Source: an uncultured Planctomycetales bacterium (GTDB taxonomy: Bacteria; 4484-113; JAFGCY01). Taken from it: a stretch of DNA of 64,000 nucleotides. Positions 41,413-49,865 of the stretch are shown here, piece by piece. The stretch is from NCBI GenBank assembly GCA_964609245.1, contig CAZSSB010000014.1, positions 769 to 64,768 of the forward strand. Direction: 5' to 3'. The position numbers were made by a program, and so were the translations under genes. The notes beneath the pieces were generated by a model, which worked only from the letters and a program-made list of their open reading frames with translations, ran no database searches and had not been told where the DNA came from. How positions within the stretch are numbered: the stretch's first letter is position 1; each line of letters starts with the position of its first letter.

Positions 41413-43104
41413 TCACTCGACGACCGGCATGACAAGCGCCGAGGGCCGCCCACCGTCGTGATACAGGCTGGTGGTCTGGCTCACGTAGGCGGCGCCGTCC
41501 TCCCACATCTCACCCGTACCGGGGTTAAGGTCCCAGCGCGGGTAGTTGCTGCCCGTCACGCTGAGACGGATCCGGTGGCCGGCGTTGAACACCACGCTGA
41601 TCGACCAAAGGTCGATCTCCACCTCGTAGACCTCTCCGGGCACCAGCGGTGCCGTGGTTTCCATGCTGTCGCGATAGCGCAGGCGCAGGATCCCGTCCAG
41701 CATCAGCAGCGAGCGGCCGTCGGGGTAGACGTCGCAGAGGCGAACGGCGATGTCTGTGTCGACGGCGTCACAGCTGACCCACAGTCGGCAGGTCACCCGC
41801 CCCGTTACCTCCAGCGGCATGGCAAGTGGGTCGGTTTCAAACACCAGCACATCGCCCCGCTCCTCGACCGGGCGCTGGTCAAAGATGCCGGCGTCGATTT
41901 CCAGGTTCCGCCCACCGAGGGTTGGTGACGGATCGGCGGGATCGAACGTCCAGCCGCTGGGCTCACTGTCACCCGCCGGCTCAGGCCGCAGGCTGCCGTC
42001 ACCGTGCAGGTAGTAGCTGGTCTCGGTAGCCGGCATCGGCCAGTCATCGGCATAGCGCCACTCGTTGCCCGGCGCCTGCGGGTCGTCAACGTCCCCGATG
42101 ACGTAGTACGTAACGGCGGGCGTTGCCAGCAACCCGCCGTCGAGTCCCGTGAGCCAGTAGTCCATGAACCAGCCGTAGCATGCCCAGGGCGGATGGGCGG
42201 CCGCTGCCGGGAATTCCAGTTCGCCACAGACCGTCTCGCCGTCTCCTCCGTGCACCCACGGCCCCATCACCAGCCACTGGTTGCCCTGCGCGCCGGGGCC
42301 TCCATCGTGCTGCCGCAGCGTGAACGCATCAATGGTGCCCTGACTGAAAGTATCGAACCAGCCCCCGAAATGCATGCCGGGCGCCGTGATCTCCGCGGCG
42401 TTCTCGCGAATGCTGAACTGCTTCCAGAAGTCGTCGTAGGTGGGATGGGAATGATAGAGCTCCCGCACGCCGGGGTCGAAGTTGTTCTTGTCCAGCCACA
42501 GCGTCATCTGCTCCTCGCGGTAGGCGCCGCCGACGTAGACGAACTCATGGAACATCGAGGCCGCGGCGATGCCGACGAACTGGCCTCGCAGCCCCGGGGG
42601 ACGCTGGGTAGCCGTGTAGTTCTGCGTCATCCCCAGCATCGATCCACCGGTCGTAGCGATGCTGCCATTGCACCACGGCTGCTGCATGATCCACTCGCAG
42701 GTGTCCAGACCATCCTGGTGCTCCCCCAGGTCGCTCCCGCTCTGGGGAAAGTTGCTGCCGCCGCTGCCAAACCGGCCGCGCGTGTCCTGGGCGACCAGCA
42801 CCCGGCCGTCAGCGTTGACCGCGGCGCCGTGATCGGCCTCCCAGGTCTTGTCGTAGCATGTCCGTACCAGCACCACGGGCCAGGACCCCACTGCCCCCGG
42901 CAGGTAGACGTCCGTCGCCAGCTGCGTACCGTCCGTCATCTGTACCAATCGGGTATTGAGCCCCGCTAGCCACTGCTGTACCGGTGGATCCGGCGGACCC
43001 GGCAGATCGGGATCCGCGCCGCCGCCCGAGCACGCGCAGCACAGCAGCGCGACGGAGATGGCCCCCGCCACCAGGATTGTCCTTCGCAAAATACCAGCCT
43101 GCAT
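41413..43104 (-). CDS. CocE/NonD-family (S15, X-Pro dipeptidyl-peptidase-like) hydrolase lipoprotein
   Basis: Start re-set to ATG 43104 (MQAGILRRTILVAGAISVALLCCACSGG, lipobox). Matching blocks: ATDVYLPGAVGSWPVVLVRTCYDK, nucleophile context TGGSMLGMTQ, and a C-terminal PepX_C-like beta domain (GHRIRLSVTGSNYPRWDLN). Confidence 0.8.
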   Translation of the reverse strand: MQAGILRRTILVAGAISVALLCCACSGGGADPDLPGPPDPPVQQWLAGLNTRLVQMTDGTQLATDVYLPGAVGSWPVVLVRTCYDKTWEADHGAAVNADGRVLVAQDTRGRFGSGGSNFPQSGSDLGEHQDGLDTCEWIMQQPWCNGSIATTGGSMLGMTQNYTATQRPPGLRGQFVGIAAASMFHEFVYVGGAYREEQMTLWLDKNNFDPGVRELYHSHPTYDDFWKQFSIRENAAEITAPGMHFGGWFDTFSQGTIDAFTLRQHDGGPGAQGNQWLVMGPWVHGGDGETVCGELEFPAAAAHPPWACYGWFMDYWLTGLDGGLLATPAVTYYVIGDVDDPQAPGNEWRYADDWPMPATETSYYLHGDGSLRPEPAGDSEPSGWTFDPADPSPTLGGRNLEIDAGIFDQRPVEERGDVLVFETDPLAMPLEVTGRVTCRLWVSCDAVDTDIAVRLCDVYPDGRSLLMLDGILRLRYRDSMETTAPLVPGEVYEVEIDLWSISVVFNAGHRIRLSVTGSNYPRWDLNPGTGEMWEDGAAYVSQTTSLYHDGGRPSALVMPVVE

Positions 43105-43240
43105 CAGTCCTAACCCCACAGCTTGCCCTCGTCGGGCGTAGCACACTGCGCTCATAGCTACCACATGCCCGGCCGATGCGCAACGCCGCGGGACTGGCGA
43201 GGGGCATGCCCCGGGTCCGGTAGCATGTAAGGGTTGATTG

Positions 43241-43313
43241 TGGGCCCGGCAGGATTCGAACCTGCGACCAAGTGATTATGAGTCACCTGCTCTAACCACT
43301 GAGCTACGGGCCC
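43241..43313 (-). tRNA. tRNA with CAT anticodon; sequence pattern favours tRNA-Ile2 (lysidine) over elongator or initiator Met
   Basis: Minus strand: GGGCCCGTAGCTCAGTGGTTAGAGCAGGTGACTCATAATCACTTGGTCGCAGGTTCGAATCCTGCCGGGCCCA. It folds as a clean cloverleaf with anticodon loop CTCATAA. It lacks the three G-C pairs of an initiator anticodon stem. It has C4-G69 and C5-G68 and is very similar to my recollection of E. coli ileX. Confidence 0.85.
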
Positions 43314-43397
43314 CGGCCGCAATGTGATTGTAACGGCGGCTCGGATCGGGGGTCAACGACGCGCCGCGCGTGAGCCGCCACGCGGCACCGCGGGATG

Positions 43398-43904
43398 CTA
43401 CTGGCCGTCCTCCGGCTCAGGCTCGGGTTCCTCGGCCGTCCAGACCGGCACCTGCAGTTCCGCCGGAAACTCTCCGTAGGTCACGATCTCGACACTGGCG
43501 CCGAGGTACAGGTACCACTGACGTCCGGCCCTGACCCAGCGCACCGGACTCTGGGCCGCGAACATCGGGCCCAGCTCCGGATTCACAGCCGTGATCGCGA
43601 AGCCGTCCTGCTCCACCACCTTGACATCGTAGGTCGTGGCCGCTGGATACCGGGTGTTGGGGACGGCCGAGCCGCGCATCGTGTCGTCGTACTTCCGCAG
43701 GTCTTCCGCCGTCATCTGGCCGCGGTAGGCCGGACTCAGAAACGAGCTGTAGGCGGTCTGCGGCGACTGACCCGCCATGTAGTTGTAGTAATCGACAGCC
43801 CGCCCGGCCACGTCCTGTCCCAGCCAGCCACAGCCGGTCAGCAGCAGCAACAGGACGGTGCCCAGCCAGCGCATGCCGGCATTATATCCGTTCCGTTTTA
43901 CCAT
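43398..43904 (-). CDS. Small lipoprotein of unknown function
   Basis: 168-aa ORF with lipobox LLLLLTGC. Two starts are possible: ATG 43904 (AGGTGA RBS) or ATG 43874, which lies exactly 6 nt downstream of a TATAAT box (43886-43881) and would be leaderless. Confidence 0.7.
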   Translation of the reverse strand: MVKRNGYNAGMRWLGTVLLLLLTGCGWLGQDVAGRAVDYYNYMAGQSPQTAYSSFLSPAYRGQMTAEDLRKYDDTMRGSAVPNTRYPAATTYDVKVVEQDGFAITAVNPELGPMFAAQSPVRWVRAGRQWYLYLGASVEIVTYGEFPAELQVPVWTAEEPEPEPEDGQ

Positions 43905-43926
43905 GTCCTCTCACCTGCGGGACGGC

Positions 43927-44868
43927 TCAGTACAGCCATGGTTCACCCGCCGGACGTGTCTTGAACCGCTTATGACCCAGCAGCCACTGGGATGGATCCT
44001 CGCGGATTACCTCCACGTAGGCCGCGTTGATCCGCGTCAGCAACTCCACCATCGCCTCGTCGTGATCCGTGGGCAGCCCGCTCACGTCCAGCGGTGCCTT
44101 CGCCACCCAGCGGTGCTTGCCCGGTGCCAGCCGCCGCGTGTAGATCACCACGAGTGGGCAGCCGAACTTGAGTGCCAGCGCGGCGGGCCCCGGCACGGTG
44201 CTGGCCTCGATGCCCGCGAACGGCGCAAACACGCCGGTCGTTCCCCCGTTCTGGTCGGCCACCAGCCCCAGTACGTTGTTGCCCTTCAGTGCTCGCAGGA
44301 CGGCGCTGTTCATCCGTTTGCCCGACATGATGTTCACGATGCCCAGGCGCGCTCGCCAGGGAAACGCCAGGTTGGAGAAGAACTCGTCGCGCTGCGGTTT
44401 GCCCACCGCATGCAGAGTCCTGATCCTGTGCGTCAAGTACGCACCGCACAGATCCCAGTTGCCGTAGTGCATCGAGAGGCCGATGGCGCCGCGCCCCTCT
44501 GTCAGCGCGCCGCTCAGGTGCTCGACACCCTCGACCTCGGTCACCATCGCCAGCGTGCGTTCCACCGGCATGCTTCCCATGCGGATGAACTCGACCACGT
44601 ACCATCCCAGGTGCCGGGCCGCCCGTCCGCCGATTCGGCGGCGCTCCGACGCATCGTAGCGCTCGCCGCAGACCAGCTCCAGGTTGCGCGCCGCCGTCCT
44701 GCGCCAGCGAGGCAGCAGCCACCACGCCAGCCAGGCCAGGCCGGCTCCCAGCGCGTATGCCGCGCGCTCGGGCAGCACGCGTACGAGCCAGATCAGCGCG
44801 AGAGTCAACGCCCGCACCGGGAGGTTGCGCACGACGTAGTACCAGCGGGGCATGGTCACGGCCAGCAT
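43927..44868 (-). CDS. LpxL/HtrB-family lysophospholipid (lipid A late) acyltransferase
   Basis: Matching blocks: RNLELVCGERYDASERRRIG, HYGNWDLCG (HX4D/E motif), LVADQNGG, and C-terminal REDPSQWLLGHKRFK. Start chosen at ATG 44868 (MLAVTMPRWYY); ATG 44853 is an alternative. The track ORF is over-extended. Confidence 0.8.
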   Translation of the reverse strand: MLAVTMPRWYYVVRNLPVRALTLALIWLVRVLPERAAYALGAGLAWLAWWLLPRWRRTAARNLELVCGERYDASERRRIGGRAARHLGWYVVEFIRMGSMPVERTLAMVTEVEGVEHLSGALTEGRGAIGLSMHYGNWDLCGAYLTHRIRTLHAVGKPQRDEFFSNLAFPWRARLGIVNIMSGKRMNSAVLRALKGNNVLGLVADQNGGTTGVFAPFAGIEASTVPGPAALALKFGCPLVVIYTRRLAPGKHRWVAKAPLDVSGLPTDHDEAMVELLTRINAAYVEVIREDPSQWLLGHKRFKTRPAGEPWLY

Positions 44869-44904
44869 TGTAGCGAACGGCGGGCAGGCTATACTGGTAG
44901 TCCG

Positions 44905-45648
44905 ATGATACGGGACGACTCCCCCAACTGGCAGCGGCATCCCGTAACGCAACTGGTCGCGGTGATCCTCGGCATCGGTCCGCTCTACGCGCTGGTGATT
45001 TACTCCGGATTCGTCGGCATGCGCCAGCCCACCTTCGACGCGCCGGACCTTCGCGAGACCCTGGCTCATCTGCTGGTGTTCGTCTTCGGCTTCGGCGGAC
45101 TGCTGGTGGCGCTGCTCTATCTGGTCTGCGGCCAGCGCCTGGCCAGCCTCAACCTGCGCCCCGGTCGCTGGCTGCTGGACATGCGCAGCGGGGTGATGCT
45201 GGCCGGCGCGCTGCTGGCCTACCAGCTGGCCTTCAGCATGCTGACCGCCCAGCTGGGCTCAAGCGAGGTCCCCGAGGCGAACCTGGCCATCGCCCGCGAG
45301 CTGTCCGAGGATCCGTGGCTGCTGGCGCTGTGGCTGGGTCCGACCGTCTGGCTGCAGGCCGGCCTGTTCGAGGAGCTGTCGCGATCGTTCATGCTCAGTC
45401 GGCTGTGGCAGGTCTGGACCGGGCCGGCCGGCAAGTGGCTGGTGTTGATCGGCTCCTCGCTGCTGTTCGGTCTCGGGCATCTCTACCAGGGCCCGGTGGG
45501 AGTCTTCGGCACGGCGCTGATCGGCCTGATCCTCGGCTGGCACTACCTGGTGCGCGGCCGGCTGCTGCCGCTGATCATCGCTCACGGCCTCTACGACACG
45601 GTGGTGATCCTCGCGCTGGTGAGCGCGGTGCGCTACGACCTGGTCTAG
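44905..45648 (+). CDS. CPBP-family intramembrane metalloprotease (CAAX protease/Abi)
   Basis: Only the last 247 aa of track ORF 43858..45648 are credible; the rest is antisense to the LpxL-like gene. Motifs: LFEELSRSFML, LLFGLGHLYQG, LIIAHGLYD. TATACT at 44890-44895 lies 9 nt upstream of the ATG. Confidence 0.8.
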   Translation: MIRDDSPNWQRHPVTQLVAVILGIGPLYALVIYSGFVGMRQPTFDAPDLRETLAHLLVFVFGFGGLLVALLYLVCGQRLASLNLRPGRWLLDMRSGVMLAGALLAYQLAFSMLTAQLGSSEVPEANLAIARELSEDPWLLALWLGPTVWLQAGLFEELSRSFMLSRLWQVWTGPAGKWLVLIGSSLLFGLGHLYQGPVGVFGTALIGLILGWHYLVRGRLLPLIIAHGLYDTVVILALVSAVRYDLV

Positions 45649-45701
45649 GCACAGTCTGCCCGTAACTTGTGGAACACTGCCAACAGGATATGCACCGGCA
45701 A

Positions 45702-45710
45702 TGGTATAAT
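45702..45710 (+). promoter_or_regulatory. Extended -10 promoter element TGGTATAAT
   Basis: Perfect TGnTATAAT about 48 nt upstream of ATG 45758. The GC-rich leader (CCGGCGCCGG palindrome) ends in a GGGGAAGGCGG RBS. Confidence 0.4.
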
Positions 45711-45757
45711 CGGCCTCCGGCGCCGGCACTCTGCCGGCCGGCGGGGAAGGCGGATTC

Positions 45758-47197
45758 ATGACTGCATGGAAGTGGGGCATCCTTCTGTGTGGCGCGCTGA
45801 GCGCCGCTTGCTGCGTGTCGATGGCCTATGCGGCGCCCGACCGCCTCGGTGACGAGGTGCCCGACGCCTTTCCGGACCAGCCCCATGCTCTCAGCTTCGG
45901 CTACAGCCACGAGTCGATCCAGCTGGAAGGACCGCTGAGCGACGACCGCGTCGCCCACGACTACTTCCGGCTGCGCTACACCCTCAATTCCAGCACGGCG
46001 CTCGGATTCCGCTACGGCACCCACGATCTGACCGGCGGGCTGGGTCTGACGACGCCGCTGTTCGATAACCGCGACAGCGCGGAGTCCTACACGCTGGATC
46101 TCAACCTCAACCTGCTGAATGTGCCCGCCACGCCCGCCGACCCCGACAACGGCGTGGAATTCTCCGCCGGCTCGTCTTTCGGGCTGGGCATCAGCGGTAC
46201 CCAGTACCAGAGCGACATGAGCGATCTGACCAGTGACGACTCGCTGCTCAGGGCCTACCTGGTCTACACCTCTGATCTCTCGCCCGAGATGCGGGCGCAC
46301 ACGGTCTTCAGCACCGCGCGCCTGACCGGTGACAACCAATCGGGCTCCGTCAACCGCGTCGGGGCCGGTCTCGATTACACCCTGATCGGCGGTCGCCGCC
46401 CCCTCGTGTTGATGGCCAATGGCGTGCTGGACGTCTATAACTTCCGCGAGCCGGAGTTCAACACCAGCCGCGTCAGCCGCTTCGACGTCGGGCTGCGTTA
46501 TCGTGTTGCCGAGGACTGGTACGCCAGCATCGGCTACATCACGGTCAACGACAGCGAGGACGACTCCAGCGGCAGCGGCATCTACGCCGGCGTGCAGTTT
46601 GTCGATGAGCCCTCGCCGCCCAAGCCGGAGTGCCCCGAGGTTGAGCAGGACTCCGCGCCCGAGGAGGGCGACGATCCAGGACAGCCGCCGGCTGCTGATC
46701 AGCAGCCGGACCAGGCGTCCGCCACCGTCCCTGCCGAGCAACCCACCCTGATGGCCGCGGCGCCAGCCCCGGATTCGGTCGAGCCTGCAATTGAGGAACC
46801 GGCCGGGTCCGACAGAGCCGCCGCCGCCGCCGAGCCGGAGGCGGGATCTGCCGAGAGCGCGGATGGCGATGACTGGGAGATGGGCATCGCGATTCCGCCC
46901 TTTCCGGAGCAGCGCCCGCGCCATACGCCGGCCGGCGCGCTGATGGCCCGCGCCGTGCTCGAGGCCGCGCCGCCCCACCCCCACCACACCAGGCCCGAGG
47001 ATGAGCTGCAACGTCCGCCGGCGGATGATTCGGCGGCTGGCAGCGACGAGCTCGGTGCTGAGTTGGTCGAGTCAGCGGACGCGGAGGCGCCCGGTGTGCT
47101 GGAACTCGACAGCGAGTCGATCATCGCCGACTCCGCAACCGCCACGGATGAGGGCACGGCGGAGGCCGGCCGAGTTGCCGCGGCGGCGGGAGGATAG
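45758..47197 (+). CDS. Secreted beta-barrel-like protein with ~190-aa Pro/Ala/Glu/Asp-rich disordered tail
   Basis: Signal peptide WGILLCGALSAACCVSMAYA|AP. About 260 aa of alternating beta-strand-like sequence follow (FRLRYTLNSSTALGFRYG, YTLDLNLNL, RVGAGLDYTL, FDVGLRYRV, ASIGYITVND). That region ends GIYAGVQF (to nt 46600), resembling an OMP C-terminal signature. A low-complexity tail runs to 47194. Confidence 0.65.
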   Translation: MTAWKWGILLCGALSAACCVSMAYAAPDRLGDEVPDAFPDQPHALSFGYSHESIQLEGPLSDDRVAHDYFRLRYTLNSSTALGFRYGTHDLTGGLGLTTPLFDNRDSAESYTLDLNLNLLNVPATPADPDNGVEFSAGSSFGLGISGTQYQSDMSDLTSDDSLLRAYLVYTSDLSPEMRAHTVFSTARLTGDNQSGSVNRVGAGLDYTLIGGRRPLVLMANGVLDVYNFREPEFNTSRVSRFDVGLRYRVAEDWYASIGYITVNDSEDDSSGSGIYAGVQFVDEPSPPKPECPEVEQDSAPEEGDDPGQPPAADQQPDQASATVPAEQPTLMAAAPAPDSVEPAIEEPAGSDRAAAAAEPEAGSAESADGDDWEMGIAIPPFPEQRPRHTPAGALMARAVLEAAPPHPHHTRPEDELQRPPADDSAAGSDELGAELVESADAEAPGVLELDSESIIADSATATDEGTAEAGRVAAAAGG

Positions 47198-47198
47198 C

Positions 47199-48065
47199 AT
47201 GCGGCCGCTGCTGCTGGTTGCGGCCGTGCTGACGCTGGCGCTGGGAAGCGTCGCCGCTCAGGACTCAGACGATGACGCGGATGCCCGGGCCGGCACTACG
47301 GGCGATGACGCGGCGGGCGTTGACTGGAGCGACTGCCTGGCCTGCCACACCGACGTGGTCACCCAATTGCCCACGCTGTCCACCTTCCGCATCGACGTAC
47401 CGGGCACACCCCTGCCCGACTGCCGCGACTGCCATCAGCCCGTCGAGCTGTCGGCGCTGCGCACGCAGTGGACTCATCCGGTACGCACCGTGGCTGACCA
47501 CCTGGCCTGCATGGACTGCCATGTGGTTGCCACGCATGACGGCACTTGCCCCCCGCCGCGCCCTGTGGGCGACTACAACGCCTCGGGCTGCCATGAGTGC
47601 CATCCCGCGGTCGAACTGAGGCTGTCGATGCTGTGGTCCCATGGCCACGACCCCCGCGTCACCTGCCGCGATTGCCATCCCGCCCATCGGCCGCTGGCGG
47701 CGGCCCTGCCCCCGCGGCTGCTCCCGCACGAGTTTCGCCAGAACTGGCTGGGCCACGGCGACTGGTGGGCAAGCAATGAGGCCTGCTTCGCCTGCCACAC
47801 TCCGGGGGAACTGCTCCTCCCGCTGGACCGGGGCTTCGTGACGCTCAACACCGTGAATTACCATGACACCCACGTGGTCGGAGGCCAGGTGCTGTGCATC
47901 GAGTGCCACGACCCCCACGGCAGCAACCGGCGCGGGATGCTGCGCGATTACCTGCTGAGCGGAGAGTACCTGGCGCAGGTCGAGCACATCGACGGCGCCA
48001 GCTGCGCTGTGCTCTGCCACCAAGTGGATCACCAGAACTGGCGCTACATCAACAGCGTCTACTAA
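47199..48065 (+). CDS. Periplasmic multihaem c-type cytochrome (7 CXXCH + 1 CX3CH)
   Basis: Start re-set to ATG 47199 (GGGAGGA RBS, 1 nt after the upstream stop). Signal peptide MRPLLLVAAVLTLALGSVAA. Haem motifs: CLACH, CRDCH, CMDCH, CHECH, CRDCH, CFACH, CIECH, plus CAVLCH. Confidence 0.85.
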   Translation: MRPLLLVAAVLTLALGSVAAQDSDDDADARAGTTGDDAAGVDWSDCLACHTDVVTQLPTLSTFRIDVPGTPLPDCRDCHQPVELSALRTQWTHPVRTVADHLACMDCHVVATHDGTCPPPRPVGDYNASGCHECHPAVELRLSMLWSHGHDPRVTCRDCHPAHRPLAAALPPRLLPHEFRQNWLGHGDWWASNEACFACHTPGELLLPLDRGFVTLNTVNYHDTHVVGGQVLCIECHDPHGSNRRGMLRDYLLSGEYLAQVEHIDGASCAVLCHQVDHQNWRYINSVY

Positions 48066-48089
48066 CCCTCGCGAACTCGGCGGCGCCGG

Positions 48090-49493
48090 CTAGAACTCCA
48101 CGGGGTAGCGAACCCGGCGGATGCAGTCATTGACGGCCATCCCCCCCAGCGGGCGACGCTCCAGTTCGTAACGCACCGGCTCACCCTCGCCGGTGGCCGG
48201 CGCATCGTTCGGCAGCAGCAGCATCGACACCAGGCTGAGTCCCTCGATGTCGATCAGCTCGACCTCGGCGGGCCGCGCATCGATGCGCCGCCGTCGCATT
48301 CCGGTCAGCTTGTAGTTGGCGCCCTTGTTCTCGTATCTGATCGTATGCGGACCTGGCTTCAGCGGCATCACCAGAATGTGGCGGGTCATGATCCGCTCCT
48401 CGGTGTCGCGGTCGACGTAGATCCGTTTGCTGAACAGGGAATCGGCGTCGAAGTGCATATAGCGATCCACCCCGTCCTCCATGTCCCAGGGGTTGATCGT
48501 GGCCTCCCAGGGGAAGACCCGCCAGGCCGACCATTCGTTGATCGGCCGGCCGTCGATTTCAAGCCCGGCGGTGTAGAACCAGTTCTTGTCGATCTTGTCG
48601 TTGATCTCGTAGGTGAACTCGAAGTCAGCGTACTGGGTGTGGTAGATCGGCGCGAACCAGGCCAGGTAGCTCTCGGTCATCGGCGCGGAATAGTCGACGG
48701 GCTGCGGCGACGGACCGAAGAAGCGGTCGAAGTAGTCGGCATCGCTGTGGTGCCCGGTCCGCAGGTTGTCCCAGGCCACGTCATACGTGCTGATCAGCAG
48801 CGGGGAGAAGTAGCTGGAGCTCAGCGCGTACGCCAGCCGCCCGCCGTCGGTCTCTGCTCCGCCGCCGATCAGGATTCCCACCACGTCGAAGTTCTCATCG
48901 CAGACCAGCCCGCCCGCGCTGCCCGCGTCGAACGGCCCCGCCACCTCCAGCATCAACAGCTCGTTGGCATAGTGGTCCGTCGTGTAGCAGGATTCGAACT
49001 GCCGGGCGTAGCCCGTGCCGAGCAGCCTGGTGTCATGCAGCGCGCCGTCGGTGTAGATCGGGTGATGCACGATGTGCAATGCGTCATCCGGACTCAGGGT
49101 CCGCGAATCGGCGAGCCTTGCGCTGGCCAGGTCCGCCAGATCCGCCCCGGCGATGATCAGCACGGCGATATCGGCCCGCGGGTCTATGCGGCGAACTCGC
49201 TCGACGTCAAACACGCCGAAATTGGGGTGAAACACGTGGATCGACGCTGCGTCGCTGACGGCGTGGAAGGTCGTCAGCACGTGGCCGTCGTGGTTGAACA
49301 CGTACCCGGTGCAGCGGCGCGTGGTGCCCCATTGCGTATCCACGATGATCTGTACGGCGCTGTTCAGGGCGCGATCGCGTCCGGTGCGCGGCCCGGCCAG
49401 ACTCAGGCCTGGTCCAAGAATCAGCAGCAGCAGTACTCCGGCCGCCAGGAGCCGGATCGGCGTACGATTGACAGACGACGAGCGGTTCTTCAC
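48090..49493 (-). CDS. Secreted trypsin-like (S1-fold) protease domain protein with unknown C-terminal domain
   Basis: Start re-set to GTG 49493 (AGGAGG plus 5 nt). Signal peptide LLAAGVLLLLILGPGLSLA. The protease-like N-half carries CTGYVFNHDGHVLTTFHAV (His), ADIAVLII (Asp) and DAGSAGGLVCD (atypical Ser motif). About 270 C-terminal aa have no motif I recognise. Confidence 0.65.
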   Translation of the reverse strand: MKNRSSSVNRTPIRLLAAGVLLLLILGPGLSLAGPRTGRDRALNSAVQIIVDTQWGTTRRCTGYVFNHDGHVLTTFHAVSDAASIHVFHPNFGVFDVERVRRIDPRADIAVLIIAGADLADLASARLADSRTLSPDDALHIVHHPIYTDGALHDTRLLGTGYARQFESCYTTDHYANELLMLEVAGPFDAGSAGGLVCDENFDVVGILIGGGAETDGGRLAYALSSSYFSPLLISTYDVAWDNLRTGHHSDADYFDRFFGPSPQPVDYSAPMTESYLAWFAPIYHTQYADFEFTYEINDKIDKNWFYTAGLEIDGRPINEWSAWRVFPWEATINPWDMEDGVDRYMHFDADSLFSKRIYVDRDTEERIMTRHILVMPLKPGPHTIRYENKGANYKLTGMRRRRIDARPAEVELIDIEGLSLVSMLLLPNDAPATGEGEPVRYELERRPLGGMAVNDCIRRVRYPVEF

Positions 49494-49525
49494 TTGGACC
49501 TCCTGCGCTGCAACGTCTGACTTGG

Positions 49526-49534
49526 ATTCTATCA
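49526..49534 (-). promoter_or_regulatory. Extended -10 element TGATAGAAT upstream of the trypsin-like gene
   Basis: The reverse complement of 49526-49534 is TGATAGAAT. The implied leader is about 25 nt and contains the AGGAGG RBS. Confidence 0.35.
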
Positions 49535-49755
49535 GGCAGGTTTCGCAATTCGAGGGCTTATGAAGCCCCGTCCGGTCATAGACCATCGTTCCAGGGCATC
49601 CGGGCGCGAGCGGCTGTTGATAGTCGCTGTTGAGAGCGGTTGATTTCGTGAAAACCACTCCCTGTCACATGGACACCTTAAAATGACGGACTGCGTTTCA
49701 CGCCGCGCGAGCAGCCGGAACCACGGCTGATATCGCCCTTGGCGACCTTATCAAC

Positions 49756-49784
49756 TTGCGTTTTCGCCCCAGTTCATCTACAAT
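49756..49784 (+). promoter_or_regulatory. Sigma70-like promoter TTGCGT-N17-TACAAT upstream of DUF885 gene
   Basis: -35 TTGCGT at 49756-49761, a 17-nt spacer, and -10 TACAAT at 49779-49784, in the AT-richest spacer of the window. It lies about 80 nt upstream of ATG 49866. Confidence 0.4.
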
Positions 49785-49865
49785 ATTACTTCGCTAAACA
49801 TCCCATGGGATTCCAGGCACGGCGACGGGTGCTGTGATTACCGAGCAAGGGATAAAGGCGGGGAT

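Noticed and set aside
43858-44904. N-terminal 349 aa of the 596-aa + ORF 43858..45648
   Set aside because: This part is antisense to the LpxL-family gene and has shadow-ORF composition. Only the C-terminal 247 aa, from ATG 44905, carry CPBP protease motifs and TM helices.
47001-47198. 66-aa N-terminal extension of the cytochrome ORF 47001..48065
   Set aside because: It overlaps the 3' end of the upstream gene. ATG 47199 has a GGGAGGA RBS and yields a canonical Sec signal peptide directly.
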